Source: Trueperaceae bacterium
GTDB lineage: Bacteria > Deinococcota > Deinococci > Deinococcales > Trueperaceae
NCBI GenBank assembly: GCA_965213705.1
Contig: OZ243913.1
Span: forward strand, 2,560,001 to 2,624,000
Direction: 5' to 3'
DNA: 64,000 bases
In this document: one piece after another, positions 31,455 through 43,347 of the stretch
Layout of the letters: each line of letters begins with the position of its first letter
Position numbering within the stretch: position 1 is the first letter of the stretch
Notes under the pieces: generated by a model
Seen by the model: the letters and a program-made list of their open reading frames with translations, nothing else
Told to the model about the DNA's origin: nothing
Databases searched by the model: none
Translations under genes and position numbers: made by a program

Positions 31455-32321
31455 TCAGCGAAGAACCACGAGCATCACGAAGTAGTACGTTACGGGCACG
31501 GCAAACAGCATACTGTCGATGCGGTCGAGCACGCCGCCGTGGCCGGGCAGCAGCCCGCCTGCGTCTTTCACGCCCGCCCAGCGTTTGATTAAGGACTCGA
31601 ACAAGTCGCCGAGTTGCGCGGCGCTGGCGACGAGCACGCTGAACAAAATCGCGTCGTATAGATCGACCTGGATGCTGCGCCAATGCTCTAACCCGTACGC
31701 CGTCGCCGTGACGATAAAAATAGCCAGTCCGAGGCCGCCGAACGCGCCCTCCAAGGTTTTGTTCGGGCTCAGTTGCGGCGCGAGCTTGCGCCGCCCGAAC
31801 AGTTTGCCGACCACGTAAGCGCCCACGTCCGACGCGATGATGGCGAGCATCGGCAGCATGAGGTACCACAGCCCGAGCACCCCGTCCGGGGTGTAGCGCA
31901 GCGTGATGACGTAGCCGAACAGCCACGGGATGTACAGGTAACCGAACAGCGTGAAGATGACGCTGTACATGCTGTTTTGGTTGGGCCGCATGACTTCCAA
32001 GGCGATAAGGTAAAACGCGAACATGCCGAGCAGCACTTCGCGCCAACTCACGCCTTCGAAGAGAGGCTGCATCCCCGGATAAGTGACCGGCAGCGAGGCA
32101 GGCAGCGTTAAAAAAATAGCGACGACGAGGCTGCGCTTGCGAATGGGGATGCCGCGCAGGTTCATCATCACGCTGTACTCCTGCATCGCCAACAGCGAGA
32201 TGACGAGGTAAGCGGGCGCGAGCAGCGGCAGCCCGACCCACATCACGAGCAAAATCCCCAGAAAGGCCACAAAGGCGAACACGATGCGGTCGTAGGGCGC
32301 GGGCAGGGTCCGGGTCATCAT
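31455..32321 (-). CDS. cdsA: Phosphatidate cytidylyltransferase
   Basis: SDVGAY, SPNKTLEG, GDLFESLIKR, PGHGGVLDRIDS. Confidence 0.96.
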   Translation of the reverse strand: MMTRTLPAPYDRIVFAFVAFLGILLVMWVGLPLLAPAYLVISLLAMQEYSVMMNLRGIPIRKRSLVVAIFLTLPASLPVTYPGMQPLFEGVSWREVLLGMFAFYLIALEVMRPNQNSMYSVIFTLFGYLYIPWLFGYVITLRYTPDGVLGLWYLMLPMLAIIASDVGAYVVGKLFGRRKLAPQLSPNKTLEGAFGGLGLAIFIVTATAYGLEHWRSIQVDLYDAILFSVLVASAAQLGDLFESLIKRWAGVKDAGGLLPGHGGVLDRIDSMLFAVPVTYYFVMLVVLR

Positions 32322-32604
32322 GAGGATGAGGCGTGAAACTGCCCGACTATACCACCTTGAGTTTTTGCAGACGCAGACGTGGGTCGGTAGGCTGCGAAAA
32401 AGCGGGAGGACTCGAGCCTTCAGCTCGTCTCAGGCTTGCCGAGATACAACCACTATTGAATCTGCCTCACGACAAGAGGCGCGGGCTTTGTGGCCGCGAG
32501 GATTCTGAACGGGACATAACGCGAACGTCTCAACCTCTTCCAGAGGTGCCGCTTTTTAAGCTGAGGCGTCCCCGAAGTCGCCAGGACTTTATCCAAATAG
32601 GGGT

Positions 32605-32651
32605 CACCAAAAGGCCTCGGTCCTAGTGTCAAGAGCCGAGGCCTTTTGGTG
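32605..32651 (-). terminator. Terminator after frr
   Basis: CACCAAAAGGCCTCGG ... CCGAGGCCTTTTGGTG. Confidence 0.8.
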
Positions 32652-32677
32652 CCGGAATGCGCCTACACCGCCGTTTT

Positions 32678-33232
32678 CTAAACCGCCATAATGTCTTCTT
32701 CTTTGCTCTTGACGCGGTCGTCCACACGGGTGACGAAGTCGTCGGTGAGTTTTTGGATGTCGCCGCCGCCCGTCCTCACGTCGTCTTCGGTCAACAGGTT
32801 CTCTTTCTGCATTTCTTTGAGTTCGTCGTTGGCGTCGCGGCGAATGTTGCGCAGGCCGACTTTGGCCTCTTCCGCCATATTTTTGACCGTGCGCATCAGG
32901 TCGCGCCGCCGCTCGTCGTTGAGCTGCGGCACGCTGATAAAGACGTTGTCGCCCCGGTTGTTGGGGTTGAAGCCCAAATCGCTCTCCTGGACGGCTTTTT
33001 CGATGTCTTTCAGGATGCTCTTGTCAAAGGGTGTAATCACCAGGGTGCGCGGGTCGGGGCTCGAGACCGACGCCACTTGGTTCAGCGGCATGTTCGACCC
33101 GTAGTAGTTAATCGTGACCCGGTTGAGCACGGCCGGGTTGGCCCGCCCGGTGCGCACCGCGCCGATATTTTGCTCGAACGCGTCCAAAGACTTTTGCATC
33201 CGCTCGCGCGCTTCTTTAACGACGGTTTTCAT
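32678..33232 (-). CDS. frr: Ribosome recycling factor
   Basis: RTGRANP, RNIRRDAN; conserved operon order. Confidence 0.98.
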   Translation of the reverse strand: MKTVVKEARERMQKSLDAFEQNIGAVRTGRANPAVLNRVTINYYGSNMPLNQVASVSSPDPRTLVITPFDKSILKDIEKAVQESDLGFNPNNRGDNVFISVPQLNDERRRDLMRTVKNMAEEAKVGLRNIRRDANDELKEMQKENLLTEDDVRTGGGDIQKLTDDFVTRVDDRVKSKEEDIMAV

Positions 33233-33331
33233 GGGTTTCCTCCTACAAACTGTCCCGAAAAAGTATACCTGGTAGAAAATAAAAGATTTAGTTTTTGGTT
33301 GTCGGTTCTCAAACTAAATCTTTTTTACCTC

Positions 33332-34674
<1,343 letters not shown>

Positions 34675-34749
34675 AAAAGTTTCCTTTCAAAAAAGGTGTG
34701 CAGGTAAAAGCGGCACCCGGGCCGGCGCGTCGCGCCGCTTTCACCTTTT

Positions 34750-35619
34750 TTACTCGTCGGTGGCGTCAGCCAGGTCGGCGTCGTCCGTATCGGCTCCGGC
34801 GCCGGCGTCCTCTTCAAAGTCGCTGCCGCCCCGCTTGGCCGCCATAGCGATAGTCTGCTCAGGGGAAGACAGGGGCGTCGGCAAGGTCTCACGGTCTTCG
34901 TCGCCGGACAGGTCCGCACGTTCGGGCGCACCTTCCGACCCGCCACGCACCTCGACGATCAAGTCGGACAGTCGCGCCGTCACGAGTTGAATAGAGCGTA
35001 TCGCGTCGTCGTTGCCGGGAATGATGTAGTCGAGCACGTCCGGGTCGCTGTCGGTGTCCGCGAGGGCTACGGTAGGAATGCCCAACTTGTTGGCTTCTTT
35101 GACGGCGATGTCCTCTTTGGTCGGGTCGATGATAAAGAGCGCGTCGGGCAAGCGGCTCATGCTTTTGAGGCCGCCCAAGTACCGCTGCAAACGCAACATC
35201 TCTTTGCCCAAGTCAATTTGCTCTTTTTTGCTGTAGCGCAAAATGGACTCGTCTTCGAACATTTTCTCCAACAGCTTCAAGCGCTCGACCCGGGTGCGAA
35301 TCGTCTTGAAGTTGGTCAGCAGCCCGCCCAACCAGCGCTCGTTGATAAAGGGCATCCCGCAACGCTTCGCTTCGGCGGCCAAAATTTCTTGCGCTTGCTT
35401 CTTGGTGCCGACGAACAGGATGGTACCGCCCCTGGCCGCCACGTTTTTCAAGAAGTCCAACGCTTTCTCGGACTCTACAAGCGTTTTTTGCAGGTCGATA
35501 ATGAAAATACCGTTGCGCTCCGCGAAGATGTAGCGCTTCATTTTGGGGTTCCAGCGCTTCGTTTCGTGTCCAAAATGCACGCCGGCTTCTAAGAGCTGCT
35601 TCATTCCAAGGTACGACAT
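34750..35619 (-). CDS. rpsB: 30S ribosomal protein S2
   Basis: [33 protein letters not shown] before the ATG at 35619. Confidence 0.99.
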   Translation of the reverse strand: MSYLGMKQLLEAGVHFGHETKRWNPKMKRYIFAERNGIFIIDLQKTLVESEKALDFLKNVAARGGTILFVGTKKQAQEILAAEAKRCGMPFINERWLGGLLTNFKTIRTRVERLKLLEKMFEDESILRYSKKEQIDLGKEMLRLQRYLGGLKSMSRLPDALFIIDPTKEDIAVKEANKLGIPTVALADTDSDPDVLDYIIPGNDDAIRSIQLVTARLSDLIVEVRGGSEGAPERADLSGDEDRETLPTPLSSPEQTIAMAAKRGGSDFEEDAGAGADTDDADLADATDE

Positions 35620-35723
35620 GTTGCCTCCAGGGCGGGACGTTGAGTTGAAAGTGATTTGCGGTTGTCCTTGTTGGGGGCGCAGACATCCCGCTGCTGCGCC
35701 GACAGGCAAACGCCCTAGTATAT
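35620..35723 (-). promoter_or_regulatory. rpsB promoter and structured 5' leader (probable S2 autoregulation)
   Basis: -10 TATACT; GCGGGATG...CGTCCCGC pairing ends next to the SD. Confidence 0.5.
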
Positions 35724-35820
35724 ACGCCCGACCCGAACCTGGCAATTACCTGCGCGACCCGGTCGGGGTACGGTCTCTACGGAAGTCGGGTGCTGCGTTT
35801 GGAGGTAAACTTTAGCCGTC

Positions 35821-36054
35821 ATGAATTTTGAAATCGTCGGCCCTATAAACGACATTAAAATTATCGTGAAAGGTCGCGGTATTCGGGAATTGGCACGTTT
35901 GAACAAACAGTACGGAAAGGGACGCTGGCGCAAACTCAAAGGTGATGCCACAGTTGTCTTAGCCGACGGTAGCGCAATAGCTGTCGAGCTGCATTGGTAC
36001 GAGGCCAATGGCATAGGCCGCCGAGAGTTCAAAATCAAACGGTATTTAGAGTAG
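35821..36054 (+). CDS. Small basic hypothetical protein (putative toxin)
   Basis: GRGIRE..YGKGRWRKLKG..ELHWYE; lower GC. Confidence 0.75.
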   Translation: MNFEIVGPINDIKIIVKGRGIRELARLNKQYGKGRWRKLKGDATVVLADGSAIAVELHWYEANGIGRREFKIKRYLE

Positions 36055-36063
36055 AATGCAGAC

Positions 36064-36288
36064 ATGAAAGCTGATACGACATTTGCTGTTTGCGTTCGAA
36101 ACAAAGGCTATCCTGCTTCACTCGAGTTGCACAAAATTTATCGAGTGTTACCCAGTGCAGAAAGTGCGAAACACCAGATGATACGTGTCATCGACGAGTC
36201 GGGAGAAGACTATTTGTACCCCGCTGACTACTTTATGGCGGTTCGGCTTCCCAAACCGGTTCAAGAAGCTTTGTTACAAGCAGCTTAA
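36064..36288 (+). CDS. Small hypothetical protein (putative antitoxin)
   Basis: RVIDESGEDYLYPADYF; own TAGAAT-N6-ATG. Confidence 0.75.
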   Translation: MKADTTFAVCVRNKGYPASLELHKIYRVLPSAESAKHQMIRVIDESGEDYLYPADYFMAVRLPKPVQEALLQAA

Positions 36289-36779
36289 CTTGTTGCAACG
36301 TCGGCCTCGGCCATCAAACGATGAAGTGCGGTGCGGATAGCGTCGCGTGTCTCGCCGTGTTTCTTTTCGCTGAAAGCAACCTCGAGAGACTTTCTCTCCT
36401 CAGCCGGATAGCGGTCGAAAGGACCCTTGCGCAGCGCGTCGTCCTCCCAAACGTAACGCGCCCGCACGTGAGCGTGCAAAAACGGGTCGTAGTTGCCGTA
36501 AACGCTGTAGTTCATGCGCAGGGGTTTACAAACTTCCAGCACCGCCTGACCGAGCAGGCTCATGTCGCGCAAAAAGGTGAGGCGTGCCGCGAGGTCCAAC
36601 GCTTCCAAACTCTCCACGATGGGATAAGAAATCAGCAGCGCGTAACCGGGCAGGAGTTGATAGTCGCCCATCACCGCAAACCCGCTTTGCATCCGCGTGA
36701 TGAGCGTCGGGTTTTCACCGAGTCGCGACGCTTCAAGCCGCCCTTCAATCCCTTGAGCTTTCCACTCTTCCCAGGTCAT
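36285..36779 (-). CDS. HIT-like hydrolase
   Basis: RMNYSVYGNYDPFLHAHV. Confidence 0.8.
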   Translation of the reverse strand: MTWEEWKAQGIEGRLEASRLGENPTLITRMQSGFAVMGDYQLLPGYALLISYPIVESLEALDLAARLTFLRDMSLLGQAVLEVCKPLRMNYSVYGNYDPFLHAHVRARYVWEDDALRKGPFDRYPAEERKSLEVAFSEKKHGETRDAIRTALHRLMAEADVATS

Positions 36780-36795
36780 AAAGTTCCCTTAGCCG

Positions 36796-37263
36796 TCACC
36801 ACGTGTCCCCACCCGACGGCGGCGGCCAAATCCCGATGAGCTGCCGCAGCAAGACGATTTTACCGAGGTGGTAGCTGTTGTGAGAGAGGAGGGTCTCGAG
36901 CAAACTCCGCACCGTGTACTTGCCGACCGGTTCGTCCAGTTTCTCAACGTCCGACGCGAGCGCGATAGCCTGGTTGAGGCCCGTCGAAAAGCGCCGGACC
37001 AACTCGCGCGCTTCGGCAACGTCCGCAGGTGCGTGACGGTCGGGCCAGGTTTCAGCGGCATGGTCGGGGTTTGAGCGCTCGACACCGCGCACCTCTTCCA
37101 GGATAAAGTCTTGCCACCACACCAGGTGCCACAACTCTTCGTAAATGCTGTGCGGGGCCACGTCCGGGCGCACGCCGAGTTGTTTGAGTTCGACGCCCTC
37201 CAACACGCTGCGCGCCCGCGCGTGCGCGCCTTCGCCGGTGAGGAGCGTGGGCAGGGCGCTCAC
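36796..37263 (-). CDS. DinB-family protein
   Basis: HSIYEELWH; HNSYHLG. Confidence 0.85.
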   Translation of the reverse strand: MSALPTLLTGEGAHARARSVLEGVELKQLGVRPDVAPHSIYEELWHLVWWQDFILEEVRGVERSNPDHAAETWPDRHAPADVAEARELVRRFSTGLNQAIALASDVEKLDEPVGKYTVRSLLETLLSHNSYHLGKIVLLRQLIGIWPPPSGGDTW

Positions 37264-37273
37264 GCGGCCCCGG

Positions 37274-40200
37274 TCACGCGGCTTCAAGCTCGAGCGGGGC
37301 GAACAGGTCTTGCAAGTCGTCCTGGCTGAGACCCGAGGCGGTCGCCAAGCTGCCCTCCAAAATGCCCTGCACGAGCGCCGCCTTACGCTCTTGCAGTTTG
37401 AGGATTTTTTCTTCGATGGAGCCCGTGGTGATGAGCTTGTAGACGAACACCGCCTTGTCCTGCCCTATGCGGTGAGCGCGGTCGGTCGCCTGGTTTTCGG
37501 CCGCCGGGTTCCACCAGGGGTCGTAGTGGATGACCGTGTCGGCGGCGGTGAGGTTCAGGCCCACGCCACCCGCCTTGAGGGTGATGAGAAAAACTTGCGC
37601 GTCGCCCTGTTGAAAAGCCTCGATTTGTTCGGCGCGGTCGCGCGTTTGCCCGGTGAGCATCGCGTACTTGACGCCGAGCTTGGTGAGCGTGTCCTCGAGC
37701 AGCCCCAGCAGCGTCGCAAACTGCGAGAAGATGAGCACTTTGCGACCCTCTTCGAGCATACTCGGCAAGACGTCTTTGAGCCACTCGAGCTTGGCCGAGG
37801 AAGTGACGTTTTTCGCGCCCGACACCTTGACGAGGCGCGGGTCGCAGCAGGCCTGACGCAGTTTTAAGAGCGCGTCCAAGATCATGATTTGGCTGCGCGC
37901 CAGGCCTTGTTTGCCGACCTCGTCGCGCACGCGCTCGCTCATGGCGACGCGCAGCGTTTCGTAGAGGTCGCGCTGCGCCCCGGACAGTTCGATGGGCACG
38001 ACGATTTCGGACTTGGGCGGGAGTTCCTTGGCGACCTCGGCCTTGGCGCGGCGCAGGATAAAGGGCCGCACCCGCCCGGCGAGCTGGCGCTGCCTCGCCT
38101 CGTCCCCCCCACGTTCGATGGGCGTGCGGTAGAGCTGCCGGAACTGGTCGGCCTTGCCCAAAAACCCCGGCATCAGAAAGTGAAACAGCGACCACAGCTC
38201 GCCCAAGTGGTTCTCGAGCGGCGTGCCCGACAAACACAGCCGCCCCTCGGCCCGCAGCGCGGCGACGGCCTTGAAGGTCGAGCTTTTCGGGTTTTTCACG
38301 TACTGCGCCTCGTCGAGGGCGAGCAGGTGAAAGCTCTGCTTTTTGAGCACGTCGACGTCGCGCACAATTAACGGGTAAGTGGTGAGGACGAGGTCGTAGT
38401 CGCCGAGCTTGCTAAAATGTTGTTTGCGGTCTTTGCCGTGCAGCACCAGCGTTTTCAGACCGGGGGCGAAGCGCTTGGCCTCGGCGTGCCAGTTGTGGAC
38501 GACGCTCGTCGGCGCGACCACGAGCGAGGGCTTGTCGGCGCGGCCCGCCTCTTTCTCCAGCAACAGGTGCGCCAGGGTTTGCAGCGTTTTGCCCAAACCC
38601 ATGTCGTCGGCGAGGACGCCGTTCAACCCGTACTCGCGCAAAAACTGGAGCCAGGCGAGGCCCTGCTGCTGGTAAGGGCGCAGGCTCGCGCGCAGGCCGG
38701 TCGGCGGCGCGACCTCGGCAATGCCCGTAAAGTCTAAGAGTTTTCGCCCCAGTTCGCGCAGCCGCTCACCGCCGTGCCAGCGCAGGGCGAGGGCTTGTTC
38801 CAGTTCTAACAACCGCGCCGCGTCCAACAGCGGCAGCTTGAGGGCGTCGTCCAGCGAGGCATTTTTGAGGTACAGCTCGAGCAACACCGTGAGAATCGCC
38901 CGCACCCGGTGGACCGGCAAGGCGAGCTGTTTGCCCTCGTAAGGCACCAGAACCGCCTCGTCGTCGGGCAAGGCGGCGAGCGCTTCGGTCGACAACATCT
39001 GCGGGTAGGTGCGCAGCATCGTGACTAAGAGCGGGATGAGCGACACCTTTTTGCCGTCCACGGTCACGCCGAGTTCCAGGCCGAACCAGCCCTCGTCACT
39101 GTCCTCGACCGCGCCGTACCAGCCCTCGGGGTGAACGACCCGGTAGCGGAAACTTTCGTCGAAGCGCACCTCCCAGCCCTGCCTTTGCAGCGCCGGCAGC
39201 GTGTCGGTGACGAAGGCCAGCCAGCGTTCCGACAGCGTTTTTTCGTCGCCCAACAGCGTAAAGTGGTGCCGTTTATTGTCGGGCGTGTGAAGCGAAAAAT
39301 GCCCGACCGGCGCGAAGCCGTGGGTCAGAAGCTGCTTCTCCGCCCGGCGCTCGGCGCGCTCGTCGCGGTCGACAAGGTACAGGGTGCCGTTTTCGTACAC
39401 GCTCAGCGGCGACCCTTTTTGGGTGGCGGGAACGGTGTACGCACCGTAAGTGAACGCAAGCGCTGCGGTGTCGGTCTTGCGTTCGCCGCTGCCGTACCAG
39501 GTGGGCAGCTCGAGCGACTGCAGGGTGAGCCGCGGCGTGCAGGGCAGAGGTTCGCGTTTGACGGCGAGCGGCTGCGGGGCGGGTAGCCCGGGGCCGAGGT
39601 CCCGAAACACCTCTTCGAAGCGCGGCAGGTCCGCCGGGGCGACGGGCGGGCAGCTCAAAAACACCTCGACCTGTTCCGGGGGCCGGTCGGGCTCGACGGT
39701 TCCCAGTTCGCCCTTCTCCACGTCGACGTAAAGCGGCGGGCTCAGCGGCAGCACGACCTCGGCGGCGGGCGTCGTCTCTAAAAACGTTTCTTGCACCCCG
39801 TCGGGCCGAACCCGCCAGGCGAGGGCGGCGGGGCGGGTGGAGCCGGGTTTCAGGGGCGCGTTGCCGACCCCTTCCCAAAAAGCGCGCTCGGTCGCCAACA
39901 GACGCGCCACGAGTTGCCCGGTCAACTCGCCGCTCTCCAACTCGTACTGCGCGCGGTCGAAGCCGTAGCCGGAACTCGAGCACACCCGGATGAGTTTGAG
40001 GATTTCCAACTCGGCCTTCGCGTACTGCGGCAGCGCGTTGGCGTTGTAGGCCCCGGCGAAGGGCTTGACGTCTTTGAACGAGCCGCTTTTTGAGGAGCGA
40101 CCCGCCTGCAGCTCGAGCAGCACCCGGCGGCGACCATGCGCGTCGCGCTGCAGGGACAGCACGTAAAGCAGGCGGTGGTTGGTGCTGAAGCCGGCGCGCG

Positions 40201-40597
40201 GGGCGCTGCTCCGCGCCCGCGCCAGCCAAGCGTCGAGTTCGCGGGGCAGCGGCGGCGGGGCCAGCGGCGTCGTGCGGGACGCGTTTGAAAGGACCACACG
40301 CCCCGCATCCTCACCCCGCAGCGAACCCCGCTCGAACGCCTCGACGAGGAGCGCCGCGACGTGTTTGCAGTTGTAGCCGACCGGGCAACTGCACTCGCCG
40401 TCGATAACGACTTCGTCGCCGTCACGCTCCAACTCGATTTCTTGCAGGTAGGTTTCCGTGCTCGAGCCGCGCACCTTGCCGAACACAAAGCGGTCTTCGA
40501 CGTGAAACGCCAACACCTTGCCCTCGCGCCTTAGGGCGTGCGCGCGGGCGAGGACGGCGGACGAGAACTCTTTCAGCAAATGGTCCAGCTCGAGCAC
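37274..40597 (-). CDS. SWIM-domain SNF2 helicase
   Basis: CSCPVGYNCKH; LADDMGLGKT; DEAQ; DPWWNPA; DRAHRIGQ. Confidence 0.95.
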   Translation of the reverse strand: MLELDHLLKEFSSAVLARAHALRREGKVLAFHVEDRFVFGKVRGSSTETYLQEIELERDGDEVVIDGECSCPVGYNCKHVAALLVEAFERGSLRGEDAGRVVLSNASRTTPLAPPPLPRELDAWLARARSSAPRAGFSTNHRLLYVLSLQRDAHGRRRVLLELQAGRSSKSGSFKDVKPFAGAYNANALPQYAKAELEILKLIRVCSSSGYGFDRAQYELESGELTGQLVARLLATERAFWEGVGNAPLKPGSTRPAALAWRVRPDGVQETFLETTPAAEVVLPLSPPLYVDVEKGELGTVEPDRPPEQVEVFLSCPPVAPADLPRFEEVFRDLGPGLPAPQPLAVKREPLPCTPRLTLQSLELPTWYGSGERKTDTAALAFTYGAYTVPATQKGSPLSVYENGTLYLVDRDERAERRAEKQLLTHGFAPVGHFSLHTPDNKRHHFTLLGDEKTLSERWLAFVTDTLPALQRQGWEVRFDESFRYRVVHPEGWYGAVEDSDEGWFGLELGVTVDGKKVSLIPLLVTMLRTYPQMLSTEALAALPDDEAVLVPYEGKQLALPVHRVRAILTVLLELYLKNASLDDALKLPLLDAARLLELEQALALRWHGGERLRELGRKLLDFTGIAEVAPPTGLRASLRPYQQQGLAWLQFLREYGLNGVLADDMGLGKTLQTLAHLLLEKEAGRADKPSLVVAPTSVVHNWHAEAKRFAPGLKTLVLHGKDRKQHFSKLGDYDLVLTTYPLIVRDVDVLKKQSFHLLALDEAQYVKNPKSSTFKAVAALRAEGRLCLSGTPLENHLGELWSLFHFLMPGFLGKADQFRQLYRTPIERGGDEARQRQLAGRVRPFILRRAKAEVAKELPPKSEIVVPIELSGAQRDLYETLRVAMSERVRDEVGKQGLARSQIMILDALLKLRQACCDPRLVKVSGAKNVTSSAKLEWLKDVLPSMLEEGRKVLIFSQFATLLGLLEDTLTKLGVKYAMLTGQTRDRAEQIEAFQQGDAQVFLITLKAGGVGLNLTAADTVIHYDPWWNPAAENQATDRAHRIGQDKAVFVYKLITTGSIEEKILKLQERKAALVQGILEGSLATASGLSQDDLQDLFAPLELEAA

Positions 40598-40656
40598 AAA
40601 AACCTCGATTCGATGCTTTGGGCAGCCTTTTTGGGCGGGGGGGCGGAGGGAGAAAA

Positions 40657-40701
40657 GTTCTTAGTTTTTAGTTCTTAGTCTAAGAACTAAAAACTAAGAA
40701 C
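40657..40701. repeat. Perfect 22-bp palindrome built from AGTT(C/T)TT heptamers
   Basis: GTTCTTAGTTTTTAGTTCTTAG-T-CTAAGAACTAAAAACTAAGAAC. Confidence 0.9.
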
Positions 40702-40760
40702 AACCAAAAAAGCCCTCTTCGCTCGCACCTCAATCTTCCCAGCATACGCGCTCTCGAACG

Positions 40761-41810
<1,050 letters not shown>

Positions 41811-41825
41811 TCACCACGAACCGCC

Positions 41826-42371
41826 TCAAGCATAAAACAGCCTGACGAGTTTTTCTAAATCATCCTTTGCCGCCTCGCTGTTCGCGAGGCGCTCGAGCAA
41901 GGCGGCAGGCGCAACCCACTCCGCACTGACAAAATCGGCTTCGTTGTAGTTCGGCGTTTCGTTTTGCCGTATTTCAAAGACTTTCATAAAGGCCGACAAG
42001 CCGTGCTCCACCGGGTTCAGGTAGCCCAGCTCCGAGTAACCGACCTCCGTAACGTCGAGGTTCAACTCCTCACCCGCCTCCCTGAGAAAAGCGGCTTCGT
42101 AGGTTTCACCTGCTTCCACGTGTCCCCCGACGCTCATGTCCAGGCAGAGGGGAAACGCCGATTTTGACGCTGAGCGCCTGGGAAGCCACAACTCGCCCTT
42201 TTCGTTGACGACAAAGGCGTTGACGACCCTTACCCAACGCGCCTTCGTCCGCCACGCTTCCGCACGCGAGACGGTTCCGGAAACGGTGTCGGTATTGTCT
42301 ACCAGCTCCAAGATTTCGCCGTGTTCCGCTCTCACCTGGGCCGCTTCCGAGTCCTTCTGCCAAATTGACAC
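41826..42371 (-). CDS. NUDIX hydrolase (IDI-like)
   Basis: SVGGHVEAGETYEAAFLREAGEEL. Confidence 0.88.
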   Translation of the reverse strand: MSIWQKDSEAAQVRAEHGEILELVDNTDTVSGTVSRAEAWRTKARWVRVVNAFVVNEKGELWLPRRSASKSAFPLCLDMSVGGHVEAGETYEAAFLREAGEELNLDVTEVGYSELGYLNPVEHGLSAFMKVFEIRQNETPNYNEADFVSAEWVAPAALLERLANSEAAKDDLEKLVRLFYA

Positions 42372-42393
42372 AAATATGTCGCACCTCTATACT
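42365..42393 (+). promoter_or_regulatory. Near-consensus sigma70 promoter of vapBC
   Basis: TTGACA-N17-TATACT. Confidence 0.7.
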
Positions 42394-42651
42394 GAATCTA
42401 GGGGAACTAGGACGACGGTACGGCTCGACGAAACCCTCATGAAAAAGGTCAAACACTACGCCGTCGAGCATAACAAGACGCTCGCCAAGGTTATCGAAGA
42501 GGCGTTGCGTGACAAGCTCGAGGCTAATACTAAAACCAGTTATGAACCTTTCCTGCCCGTTGTTTCGTTAGGAGGACCGAAACCTGGGGTCGATTTGAGC
42601 AACAACTCCCTGTTACAAGACATTATGGACGGACTCGTTGACCCTTCCTGA
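42376..42651 (+). CDS. vapB: RHH VapB antitoxin (start uncertain)
   Basis: RTTVRLDETL..TLAKVIEEALR..PGVDLSNNSLLQDIMD. Confidence 0.75.
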   Translation: MSHLYTESRGTRTTVRLDETLMKKVKHYAVEHNKTLAKVIEEALRDKLEANTKTSYEPFLPVVSLGGPKPGVDLSNNSLLQDIMDGLVDPS

Positions 42652-43066
42652 CGTCAACGTTCTCGTTTATGCTCACAAGCGGGACTCCCCACGTCACGAA
42701 GAATACTTGGCTTACCTCACCAGCCTGGTAGAAAACGAACCCTTTGCCCTTGCCCACATCATCCTCAGCGGGTTTGTTCGCGTCACGACGAGTCCCAAAA
42801 TAATGAAGCCGCCTTCGACGCTCACGGAAGCCCTAGCATTCTCAGAGGGTTTGAGAGAACGTAAAAACTGTACGGTTATCGCGCCGGGGTCGTCACATTG
42901 GGTTATCTTCACCGACCTTTGCAAGCAGACAAACGCTCGAGGCAATGACGTCACCGACGCCTACCTCGCCGCCCTGACGATTGAGCACGGTTGCGAGTTC
43001 GTCACGGCCGACAAAGGCTTCGCGCGCTTTCCGGGGTTGAGGTGGCGGCATCCACTCGGGAGCTGA
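42638..43066 (+). CDS. vapC: VapC PIN toxin
   Basis: PDVNVLVYA, GNDVTDAYLAAL, TADKGFARF. Confidence 0.92.
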   Translation: MTLPDVNVLVYAHKRDSPRHEEYLAYLTSLVENEPFALAHIILSGFVRVTTSPKIMKPPSTLTEALAFSEGLRERKNCTVIAPGSSHWVIFTDLCKQTNARGNDVTDAYLAALTIEHGCEFVTADKGFARFPGLRWRHPLGS

Positions 43067-43347
43067 CTGCTGTTTACAGGCCTACGAAACAGCCGAGTCT
43101 CGTCAGGAAAATTGTCAAGCCGTAAATGTCTCTGAGGGCGACGTCTGCGCCACAGTTCGGCAGCACGTCAACCCTTTCCAGTAATAAAAACTGTATGAAA
43201 CCTCATGGCCCAGGGCACTCGAGAAGTCGGCCGCGTCCGCTATGACGACGTCAAGCTTTCATCAAAACCTGTGGGACTGCAAGTTACTTTATTCACAACA
43301 ATGATATGCGTGAAATTTTTGTTGCTTTTCAACCGTTCCCAATTTGG

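Noticed and set aside
36285..40597. SNF2-DinB-HIT as a defence system
   Set aside because: SWIM-SNF2 is a common chromosomal gene with host-like GC, and no nuclease or MTase partner is present.
43067..43347. Possible gene remnant or sRNA in the AT-richer gap
   Set aside because: No convincing ORF, promoter-terminator pair or recognisable motif.
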